This document shows positions 52,486 through 64,000 of a DNA stretch of 64,000 nt, one piece after another; within the stretch, counting starts at the first letter, position 1; every line of letters starts with the position of its first letter. The position numbers and the translations under genes were made by a program. The DNA is from Octopus vulgaris (Eukaryota). The notes under the pieces are model-generated. The model was not told the DNA's origin and searched no databases. It was given only the letters and a program-made list of their open reading frames with translations. Where the stretch lies: the NCBI GenBank assembly GCA_951406725.2, contig OX597823.1:60574001-60638000 (forward strand), given 5' to 3'.

Positions 52486-53112
52486 TATATATAAAGATGA
52501 GCTTGTATGCGAACCACAAATTTATTTGCCTGGGTGTATGTGTGTCTTTGTTTTTGTCAATACGAAAAATTGGATCATATAAAAAGTAGTGCAAGGACCA
52601 TATTCAGAATTTGTTATACAACCCTGTTAAATATATCACAAATATCAGCCGTATTGAATAAAGTGAGTGACATACCATTATTAACACACATGGGCGAATA
52701 CAAAAAGCAAAAAAGTGTTTGTTAATGTAAACGATCTCCTTTTCATTCTTATGAACAAAAACAAAAAGAGAAATAAATAAAAAACTTTTGTGTGTATGTG
52801 TGTGTATTATTGCTTAAACATGGGTTAATCTAGAAAATATTTGGGTATTCTATACAATACGTACACACAAACATACGAATAAAAACGAGTTAATGAGCGT
52901 AGGCGCTAACAAACTTGAGAAATAAGCAATTAAATATAAATGAGTAGTGGGGTGGCATATTATTTTTAAGTAGGAATTTCATATTTACAATTATGAGTTA
53001 GAAAACAAAAATGTGTAACTTAGAATTGTGACCATGCATTAAATTTCATCATCTAATCATTAGCGCGCGCACACACACACACACGCAAGCACGCGCGCAC
53101 ACGCACACATGC

Positions 53113-53176
<64 letters not shown>

Positions 53177-53180
<4 letters not shown>

Positions 53181-53569
53181 GGAATAAATCCAAATTTACA
53201 AGGAAAAATCATATTTAAGATTGAATCCAATTTTATAATGAAATATTATATTATAATAAATTAGAGACAAAACCACTATTATGCAAATCAAACAAAGAAA
53301 GACTTAAGCCAATACATAAAATATAAAATAATTTATATAAATTAAAATTTAACAAATGAATAACACTACGATCGTTTCGTGTCAGCACATCTTAGACATT
53401 CTTCAAGTGGTTTCTAAACCTTCTTAGCGAGTTATAAACTGCTGACACGAAACGATCGTAGTGGTTATTCATTTGTTAAATTTTAATTTATATAAATTAT
53501 TTTATATTTTATGTATTGGCTTAAATCTTTCTTTGTTTGATTTGCATAATAGTGGTTTGTCTCTAATTT

Positions 53570-53580
<11 letters not shown>
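53177..53580. mobile_element. Penelope-like terminus arranged as an inverted repeat (~140 bp arms), with a hammerhead on the minus strand at 53364-53415
   Basis: Arms ~53246-53388 and ~53441-53580. Minus strand AACCAC-TTGAAGA-ATGTC..GACAC-GAAA-CGATCG-TA|GTG. Bounded by (TA)n. Confidence 0.75.
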
Positions 53581-53623
<43 letters not shown>

Positions 53624-53629
<6 letters not shown>

Positions 53630-53908
53630 TAGCAGGTTGGGAGGTGATGTACAGGTATTATATATTAAAAGAAATAAGGTACCCAGAAATCTGGATGGTT
53701 TTATATTTACAGATCTTTATTAATTACTATGTCACATGTTTTTATAAATCATGTATTAGCGCTTGCATCTACTCTAGTAGACTCTTCAGATTTGAAGAGT
53801 CTACTAGAGTAGATGCAAGCGCTAATATATATGATTTATAAAAACATGTGACATATAAATAAAAATCTGTACATATAAAACCATCCAGATTTCTGAGTAC
53901 CTTATTTA

Positions 53909-53920
<12 letters not shown>
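53624..53920. mobile_element. Spacerless palindrome (~130 bp arms) with back-to-back hammerhead-like cores
   Basis: Centre at 53790/53791. Each arm reads outward YTGAAGA-GTCTAC-taga-GTAGAT-GCAA-GCGC-TA. Bounded by (TA)n. Confidence 0.75.
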
Positions 53921-53960
<40 letters not shown>

Positions 53961-54551
53961 CAAATCTATAAATGAGGATATTATCGATATTTAAGTATCG
54001 ATCTTATCAAGTGGCCAGCATGGAAATAAATACCATACAAAGGTAATAATTATTCAAAACTATAAATTAGGGTATCTGAGAGATACCACCACGCTGAAAT
54101 AGCAGTCAAAACCCTGACCCTAAAGCCACATTAAATGTTTATATAGTGCTAGGAGCGCTATATTCTGTATTCTGTATGTATAAATTCACGATTGTATATA
54201 TATTGGCGGTGCCCCAGCATGGCCACAGCTTGTGAGCTGAAACTAGATAAAAATTTTAAAAAAAATATTAGATCATCATCCTCATCATCATCATCATCAT
54301 CATCATTTAACGCCTGTTTTCTATGCTGGCATGGGTTGGACAGTTTGATAAGAGCTGACCAGCTGAAGAGTTGCCCGAGTCGTATGTCGTTTTGGCATGA
54401 TTTCTACAGCTGGAATCCCTTCCTAACGCCAACCACTCTACAGGGTGGTTTTATGCAACACTGGTACGGGTGCTTTACGTGGCACCAGCGCCCATTGGCC
54501 CGCAAATTTAGGATCGATCCGCTGAAGAGGAATACAGGGGAAGTTACGGGT

Positions 54552-54879
54552 ATGTAAACACACCAGTACCGGTTGTCAAGTCGTGGTGGGACACTCATGC
54601 CCTGTCTGTCTGTCTGTCTGTCTGTCTCTGTCTCTCTCTCTCTTTCTCTTTCTCTTTCTCTTTCTCTCTCTCTTTCTCTCTCTCCCTCTCTCTCCCCCTC
54701 TCTCTCTCACACACACGACGGGCTTTTTTCAGTTTCCGTCGACCAGATCCATTCACAAGGCTTTGGTCTGCTCAAGGCTATGGTAGGCTATAGTAGAAGA
54801 TACTAACCCAAGGTTCCACAAAGGGGAATTGAACCAGGAACCATGTGGTTGGGAAGCAAATTTCATACCACACTTACGT

Positions 54880-54923
<44 letters not shown>

Positions 54924-55092
54924 TTCTAATTTTGGCACAAGGCCAGCAATTTCGGGAGAGGGGGTAAGTCAATTACATCGACTCCAGTACTCAACTAGTA
55001 CTTATTCTATCGACCGCGAGAGGATCAAAGGCAAAGTCAACCTCGGCGAAATTTGAACGAAATGCCGCTAAGCATTTGCCCGGTATACTAAC

Positions 55093-55143
<51 letters not shown>

Positions 55144-55635
55144 TTAATAGAAGTAGTGGGGAGCATCATAGCCATGTGTTAAGAGGGATTCTTTGAGGTT
55201 TGAATAATTCACCTCTGGAAACATGGTTGTTTCGCTGAAAATCCTTAAACAACCCTTTTTCATGGACTTTTGAGTGGGATGAAATACCTATTTCTTTACT
55301 ACCCACAAGGGGCTAAACACAGAGGGGACAAACAAGGACAAACAAACGGATTAAGTCGATTACAGCAACCCCGAAAGGATGAAATGCAAAGTCGACCTCG
55401 GCGGAATTTGAACTCAGAACGTAACGCAGACGAAATACCTATTTCTTTACTACCCACGAGGGGCAAAACACAAAGAGGACAAACGGATTAAGTCGGTTAC
55501 ATCGACCCCAGTGCGTAACTGGTACTTAATTTATCGACCCCGAAAGGATGAAAGGCAAAGTCGACCTCGGCGGAATTTGAACTCAGAACGTAACGGCAGA
55601 CGAAATACCGCTAAGCATTTCGCCCAGCGTGCTAA
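54552..55635. mobile_element. SINE A(-), SINE B(-) x4 and a family C fragment, interleaved with (AAT)n
   Basis: A at 54552-54875; B at 54920-55093 and 55288-55635 (tandem partials); C at 55148-55281. Confidence 0.82.
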
Positions 55636-55642
55636 AATAATA

Positions 55643-55707
<65 letters not shown>

Positions 55708-56796
55708 TAATAATATAATGAAATAAGATAGATTGCTAAGAGTTGTTTTGACTCTTATTTCTAGCAATGCTGGTACTGACAAGTACCTTCCGTCACTTTA
55801 GTGACATCTATATTTGTGCCTTTCGGTTGTAAATTGGGAATAGCCAGCTTAATAATTTACGCGCGCGCGCACGCACACACACATACACACACGCACCCAC
55901 ACACACACATCAGCGGTCGTTACCAGTCAAATTCCACACGTATATACATATATTTATATATAAGTATTCACAGTATACAATAAAACAGAAGTAGAGCATA
56001 CATAATATATAATCTAAAAGGATAGAGAAAAAACGGGAGTATACACACCGATACACATATATGATGAGCATCTTAGCGTTTGAACGCTAATTATCCAAGC
56101 CAGTCATAAAAAAAAAAAAAACTGAAGCCTGCAGGACTTTCTGAATGGTAAGTCCAAATGAAAAATAACCTAAAATTTTTTAGTGGTACGGCTCGTCATA
56201 TCGCATGCAACTTGCTTCTCGAAAAAAGTTGTTCCCGCCTGGTCTAAACTCATTTATTTTTACTCCATTAGTCCTTGGTCTTTCTTAATCAAAACATGTT
56301 TCTCATGTTTCACTTATTACTATTTCATTTATAGATATATCTAATTATAACTCATATATGTATATATTTTTTAAATTTTAATTTTATGTTAGTTTTTACG
56401 CGGTATGCATTTGTGGTTTCTATTCCGAATGCAAACTGCGTTTGTATATTGTCAAACAGCGTTAGACTATATCTTCTAATACCATTTAATACAATTAGAA
56501 GCGCGATCTTGCTTTAAGGTGTCGAAATCACGATGATAATCGCATGGTAGCTAACGAGAGAATTTCACCACCAGTTATATTACATGTTTTTCGTTCAATC
56601 ATTAATGTCTCAGCCGGTTCTTAGTGTTCTGTTACATTTGATTTATGTACCAAGAATACTGCAGGTTCTTATGTTTTTTTTCGTAGGGTATGGCTTAAAT
56701 ATTAGGTTTGTACAAACGTGATACTAATCTACAAATAATTCGAATTCGCATTACACAACATGCATGAAGTGTGTGCGTGTACGCGCATATATATAT

Positions 56797-57062
56797 ATAT
56801 TGTTATATTTCGGGACGGTCATTTAAATTTTTTTTTTGCTAAATAAACACGTGCACGATATATTTGCTCTTCACTCGTTTAATATTGTTCTAATTTTATA
56901 TTATGCCCATGGACATAAGGTAAGATAAAATAAGAACAATTATAAGCGAGGGAACAACGAATATATAGTGCGTGTGTTTATTTGACAGAAAAAAGATGAC
57001 CGTTCCGAAATATAACAATATCTGTTTCAGACATGTTTTCACATCAGGAATCTTGCAAAGCC
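56797..57062. mobile_element. Inverted-repeat element (Penelope-like terminus family), copy 1
   Basis: Arms ATATTGTTATATTTCGGGACGGTCAT / ATGACCGTTCCGAAATATAACAATAT with a one-sided extension. Same family as 58975-59273. Confidence 0.65.
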
Positions 57063-57087
57063 AATACAGACACACACACACACACAC

Positions 57088-57151
<64 letters not shown>

Positions 57152-57531
57152 AAAATGAGATAGGGGTTATATATATATATATGCACATACAAGATCACAA
57201 CACACATGTACATAAATGTAAACATAGATACATACATACAAATGTACGTACATACATACATACATACATACATACATACATACATACATAAATACATACG
57301 TACATACATACGTACGCACATTCATACACACATACACGCCATACATACAGAGGGTTAAAAATATGGGTGACTGCTCACTATTTTTAAGGTGTTATTAGTC
57401 ATAGCTACATTTATATTTGAATAACACCGTAAAAAGACTTACATTCAAATTTCTCATTGTGTGAAAAAATATGATATAAGTATCTATCTATTTATCTGTT
57501 TATCTCTCCCCCTCTTTCACTCTCCCTTTAA

Positions 57532-57568
<37 letters not shown>

Positions 57569-57640
57569 CACACACTCACACATATATTGTGTACATATAC
57601 ACACTGAAACACTGTGCGTGTGTGTGTGAGGGGTAGGTGC

Positions 57641-57687
<47 letters not shown>

Positions 57688-57688
<1 letters not shown>

Positions 57689-58935
57689 GAGGGGCGTTCA
57701 ATAAGTAATGCCCCTGACCCACTTCCCATAGCAGTAGAGCAACGAAACTTGGCACAGTTATTAGTCTTTTTCTACATAGGAACCACCCAGAGTTACGTAT
57801 TTCTCCCATTGTTTGATGCACCTCTGAAGACCGTTTTTGTAGAAGACCCCAGCTTGGTCCTCCAACCACGACGTGACTTCAGAAATCAAGGCTGCATCAT
57901 CTGGGAAACGCTTTCCTTTCAAAAACAACTTCATGGCTGGGAAGAGGTGAAAATCAGAGGGTGCAGGTCAGGGGGATGAGTTCATAGCCGGACGCCTGTG
58001 TTTCTGATCTGGCGACACGCGAGTTGTTGATCGGAGCGTTGTCCTGCAGGAGAATGCCTTTGCTGATCTTGCCCCGCCTCTTGATTTTGATAGCTTCTCT
58101 TAATTTCCTCAAAAGTGAAGCACAATAGACTCCTGTAATTGTGGCACCCTTTGCCAGGAAATCTGTCATCACTACTCCGTCCTGGTCCCAGAAGACTGTG
58201 AGCATGACCTTGCCAGCGGAGGGCTACACCCTTGCCTTCTTTGGAGGTGAGTCACGGTGCTTCCACTGCATTGACTGGGCTTTGGTCTCTGGATTATAGT
58301 GATGGACCCAGGTTTCATCCTGTGTAATCAATCTTTTGAAAAATTTTGACTCATCTTCTTGGCACATCTTCAAATTCATCCTCGCGCAATCGACGCGTTC
58401 TTGCTTCTGGAAAGGTGTGAGCAACCTGGGAATCCATCTGGCAGACACCTTTTTCATATGCAAATGGTCATGAATGATAGTTTCCACAGACCCAGTACTA
58501 ATCTTGACCTCATGGGCTATTTGGCGAATAGTTATGCGTCGATCTTCCAAAATGGCAGCCTCAACTTGACGAACAGATGCCTCATCAATGGCAGAAGGGG
58601 GCGACCAGATTTGGGAGCTGTTTCCACAAAGTTCCGACCATGTTTGAATTCACGATGCCAGCGTTTTACAAGGTCATATGATGGGGCATCATCACCATAA
58701 GTTACTTTTATTTCATCAAAAGTCTCCCGTGGTGTGCGTCCTTTCAAATACAAAAACCGCATCACTGCTCGACACTCAACAGGCTCCGTTTCACACATGA
58801 CTCAGTTCAAACACCTGTAAATCAGAAACCACAATTAATTCAGAGCTGTAATTTGCCACTTAATCTATAGAGATATAAATAATTGCACAAACAACTGCAA
58901 GTGGGTCAGAGGCATTACTTATTGATCGCCCCTCG
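57688..58935 (-). mobile_element. Near-full-length mariner transposon (1248 bp) in (TA)n
   Basis: TA|CGAGGGGCGTTCAATAAGTAATGCCCCTGACCCACTT ... AAGTGGGTCAGAGGCATTACTTATTGATCGCCCCTCG|TA; ~37 bp TIRs with 2 mismatches. Confidence 0.97.
57761..58798 (-). pseudogene. Frameshifted mariner transposase (irritans-like)
   Basis: Consecutive ORF pieces carry SGRP, VSARWIPRLL, TQDETWVHHY, LLQDNAP, a partly deleted YSPDLAPSDF and ...WEKYVTLGGSYVEKD*. Confidence 0.93.
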
Positions 58936-58974
58936 TATATATATATATAGGTGAGAAAGTTGTTTAAATATTTG

Positions 58975-59269
58975 TTGTACAAGATTTTTTATGTGAAGTC
59001 GTGTGTTGAAGCAGATATTGTTATATTTCGGAATGGTCATATTGCCAATCGAAATACAAAATGGCTGACGGTTAGTAAGGAGAGACACAAATAAGAAGAA
59101 AACAAAGGATCACTGATGTGGTCACAGGAGTGTGACGAAAGAACTCTGGCCGAAATAAAATTAAGATTAATGTAAAAAATAAATAACACTCAAGCAAAAT
59201 AACACCAAATATATAGTGCGTGTGTTTTTATTGGCTAAACTGGCAATATGACCATTCCGAAATATAACA

Positions 59270-59273
<4 letters not shown>
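58975..59273 (+). mobile_element. Inverted-repeat element copy 2, containing a hammerhead-like fold at 59107-59151
   Basis: 33 bp perfect IR at 59015-59047 / 59241-59273. Fold CTGATGT-G-GTCAC-aggagt-GTGAC-GAAA-GAAC-TC. Confidence 0.7.
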
Positions 59274-59318
<45 letters not shown>

Positions 59319-59667
59319 GTACATATATAGTACATATAGGCACAGAAACATTGTATACACACACATATATATATATATACACACATTGTTTTGTCTGTGA
59401 GTGCGTGTATGTATCGATCTATCGATATATCTATGTATCTATGTATCTATGTATGTATCTATTTATCTATGTATGTATGTATGTATGTATCTATCTATCT
59501 ATCTATCTGTGTATGTGTATGCAGACATACATTTTGTGCATATATATATATATATATATATATAACGGGAAGCTTTATGAAAATGAACAAAAGACGAAGG
59601 CAGGTAGAGTACAAACAAACAATTGTACACACATATACATATATATATATATACTTATATATGTATG

Positions 59668-59809
<142 letters not shown>

Positions 59810-61799
59810 CATACATATATATATAAGTATATATAAACACGTAATTTCACCATATAAGAAGTATAATTGTGTGTCATGTTTTGTCTTATATAACGTATCA
59901 CAGTTCCTAACCCCAAATGAACTAAGAACGATGATACAAAGAAAACTGGTTCTGGTTTGCGTTGGCAAAAGTTTATCCCTGAAAGTTCATACTCAATAGA
60001 ACTATTTATATCATTTATAATAACAAATTTATAAATATGTAATATTAATGATAGATAGAAATAATAACAAAAATCAGCAGAAAATCAAGTCTCTCTTTAC
60101 TTAGGTGATAAAGATGATAGGCGTTGAATCGAAATATATGTTGCTTTTTAAAACAGGTTTGCGTAGTTTTTGTTTCCGTTTCGCCCTCATTGCGAAGTTA
60201 GGAAGACACGAAGAAATTAGGCTAGAAGAACGGACGAATGAAAGTAGAACGAATGTGTGTGTGTGTATGTTATGTGTTGTGCGTTGTGTGCTGTTGTGTT
60301 GTTTAACCCTAGGTTAGCCTTGACCGAACAAACATGATTAAAGACGTTCCCATCGTGACCAATCCATCCCATCTTTTTTCTTTTTCATATATATCTATCT
60401 ATTTATACAGGGAATTCAAGACCACCTTATCCAACACGTTCTATTTTTCAAGATGGTAGGGTGAGATATGATGTTTGGCTGCTATTTCTAGCATGTCGAG
60501 CGACGATTTTGAGGCTCCTTCGTTGGCTCGTTACGGTACGTGCGTATATGTGCGTGTGTATGTGTGCGGATTTGTAAGAGGCTGACAAGTTGCCACTCCC
60601 ATGTGGAAATGAGGGTAACAACCGCTTGAAAGGGGGTGCTTGCTGGTGGCCGATCGGTCGTTATCCTTTCCATTGCCGTGAAGTAATAATAATAGTAACA
60701 ATCATAATCGACCTTTAGAAACCAGCAAAAACCTACGTTGTCTTATCGGAATGTGGCGAAAATAGAAAAAGAAGAACGGGGAAATAATATATAAGGTAAA
60801 CATTTCCAAATTCCTATTAAGAACAATTATGCCAACCATTATTATTATATCATTTAAAAATACCAGTGAAGTATTGGGGTGGATTTAATTTAATCAACTA
60901 CTGCAACTAAGGCTAGTGCGCGCCTATGTAAATAGAATATTAAAAAAAAATTATTGCTATTTATTCTTATTCTATTATTATCGTGCTTCATTCTTATTAT
61001 TATTGTTGATTTTGGCCTTCTTTTTCCAAAGAAAATCTTTCCCCATCTCAAACTGTTAGTATTTCATTCTCTCACTGGCACCAACGCCTTGCGCCCGTGT
61101 GGTCAATAAAATGAATTACATTTATAATTAAATTGTCTATCGCGTTGATGACATAGTTTTTAACCAAGGTGGGGAGGGTCAGCTCAGCTACCCTTGAAAA
61201 GTATGCAAAATTCCTCAAAATTTCTTAAAAAGAAAAAAAATTCAAATGTCGAAATATTGCGATTTTAAATGTATGAGCTTATTCTTTCTCTAAGATTAAT
61301 CACGCTCCATCAAGTGTAAAATAGTCTTGCTACAGATCTAATTAATCTTGATGATTACAACTTGTTGTAATAAGGATGGCCAGTCAGTTAAATTTTTCTT
61401 GTATGGGTGGCCAATACATAACTGGTGAAAAGAGGTCCTGGGTTGAAAAGCTATTGAGGGCCGATATCTTTCTTTTTTCCGCTTGTTCAACGAAGACCTC
61501 ATTGCATCATTCACCCCTACAACTTAACAAGAAAATAAATAAATAAATAAAATCTTCATTTTTTTTTCTCTAGATAAAATTAGGGTGGAGAGGAAAGTCG
61601 TGTACTCAGATAAATGTTAAGAAAGGTGAAAGTTGCAAGATATTCGGCGCTCCAGTTTTAGACTTTGGTTATCAAAGGCTGGAATTGAGGGCTACCAGAG
61701 TTTGGTTCCTTCTCTAAATGTTTGCTCCTAGTAATCTTTTCTACTTGGGATATTGTTTTTTAGTTATTTTTGTTGAATATTTAATTACAAAGGTTTCTG

Positions 61800-62023
61800 C
61801 ATATTATATTGTATAACATACATGTGTATATATGTATGCGTAATATGTTGTATAATATATATGTATATATGTGTAAAACATTGTATAACACACACACACA
61901 TACATATATATGATACAAACGCAAAGGTATGCATAGACATACACACGTATATATTTGCGTAATGCACGCACATACATATATACATAGACATATATAGATA
62001 CATATTTACACATCTATATCTAC

Positions 62024-62067
<44 letters not shown>

Positions 62068-62459
62068 GTATATATATATGTATGTGTATATATATACATA
62101 TATGTATATATACATACATATATATACATATATATATACACATATATATATATAGATATATACATATATATATAGACATATACATATATATATGTATATA
62201 TATATATGCGTAGGAATGTATATGTACATAAATATATCGGGTGTATGTGTCTATATTTATATTGGGATACATATGAATGTCTATATATATATATATATAT
62301 ATATATTCAAACACTCATATATAGTTATAAGGATATATTGTATGCATATGCATTTACCCACGAAACTTACAGTAAGGCAGAGTTGTGTCAAACTTTACAC
62401 GCACACACATATATATATATAATATAATCGGCATACATATATATATATATGTGTGTATA

Positions 62460-62507
<48 letters not shown>

Positions 62508-62546
62508 TATATATAATATACATATATATATGTAATATACTTATAC

Positions 62547-62582
<36 letters not shown>

Positions 62583-62742
62583 GCATATATATAATATACA
62601 TATATATATGTAATATACTTATACATACATACATATATACATATATATATATAATATACATATACATACATTTTATATATATATATATATATACACACAC
62701 ACATACACATATATTCAGACATATGTACACACACACACACAC
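61800..62742. repeat. Degenerate (TA)/(CA) low-complexity region with an internal ~78 bp duplication (~62500-62660)
   Basis: GCATATATATAATATACATATATATATGTAATATACTTATACATAC occurs twice. Confidence 0.93.
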
Positions 62743-64000
62743 AGAATCATCCTCTGCTCCCTTTTCGGGTATGAAATAATATTAAATAAAAAGAAGGGAA
62801 AAAAATTCCCGCCCACTCCTCCTGGGGGTCGATAAATTAAGTACCATCAATATATTAGAAAATATATTTAAGCAAACTCTCCACGTGTCCCCCTATGAAA
62901 CTTTTTATTTTACATTCTGCAAAAGTTGAGAAGAAATTAGTTTCTATTGATAAATTTCTGCATGCAAGTCTGTGATCGCATTTTCGAAAAGGCATGAATG
63001 CCACAATACTTGTCCCGTTTCACTCAACAAATTGGGTAAAATAAAATTATTATATTTTTTTATGATTACTAATCATTGCTGGCCTCGTTGTTGTTGTCAT
63101 TCCTGTTATTTTGCTGCCGTTTATTATTAATATTATTATTATTATTGTTGATATTATTATTATTATTAGTGATATTATTTTTTAACATATATACGAAAGA
63201 ATGAGAGCGAGAGAAATCTAGGTCACAAAATTAGGCCATGCTGGGTAACTCTTCATTGCTAAAAGGTACGAAACAGCTCTCATAACGCCATTTGTTTATA
63301 TCTATCTATCTATCCATCTATCTATCTATGTGTGCGTGTGTGCGTGTATTTATATATATATGTATATATAAATATATATGTTTGTTATTTGTATAGCTCT
63401 TTTTTTTATTTGCGTACCTACTACATAACACATAATAATGGAGAAAGATTAATATTATTTTTGTAGCTGTTTCAGGTAAGAAATACTTTATTATTTCACT
63501 GACAAATGCTTATCAGATGTTTTGCATGAACTTTCAGCGATAATCCATCTACAAACTTGAGTTTTCTGCTCCATTTTTAGGCTATTTAAGCGGTCAGCTT
63601 TTTTTTCAGCTGCCGATGTCTGCTTCTCCCATAAGTAGGACAGGTCGACATAGATAAAAAACAAACAAAACATTAACGCCCGCGCGCTCGTACAGGTATA
63701 CGCACGCATATGTAAGTATGTATGAATGCATGTACGTATGCACACATAGATACAGGTGTTTATGTGTATGTATAAACGCACACATGTGTATCTATTTGTG
63801 TACATGCTTACACGTACAAATGTATTCGTGTATACGTAAATATATATATGTATTATATATATATATATATGAATGTTTAAAAAAATAATTTACTCCTACA
63901 GATATTTACATGTATACGTGTATATAATTATATATATATACGTACAGATATATACATCTGTACACATATATATATATATGACTACACATACATATAGGTA

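Noticed and set aside
57761-58798. SETMAR-like or domesticated transposase gene
   Set aside because: Frameshifted, bounded by TIRs and a TA TSD, with no SET domain.
63491-63805. 104 aa minus-strand ORF
   Set aside because: The N-terminal half is low-complexity repeat and the remainder is unrecognised.

Overview
AT-rich, repeat-saturated animal DNA. It is most consistent with an octopus (coleoid cephalopod) intronic or intergenic region; this is an inference from the SINE families and the very high microsatellite density. No intact host protein-coding gene can be supported, and nearly all ORFs in the track are microsatellite or SINE read-through. Contents: several tRNA-headed SINE families in many copies, an (AAT)n-associated ~530 bp element, a near-full-length mariner (57688-58935), older mariner, Tc1, Tigger and hAT relics, piggyBac-, hAT- and Mutator-type MITEs with TSDs, non-autonomous Helitrons (one a perfect head-to-tail dimer), a Helentron-like element, an RTE LINE relic, a probable solo LTR and a 3 x 1157 bp tandem array. 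The most striking signal is a set of at least seven type-I hammerhead-ribozyme folds from about six distinct sequence families. They lie in short Penelope-like termini, mostly next to (TA)n tracts, and several are arranged as fold-back inverted repeats. There is also an apparent switch from CpG-depleted to CpG-retaining DNA near 39.5 kb. Coordinates were read by eye and may be off by a few bases.
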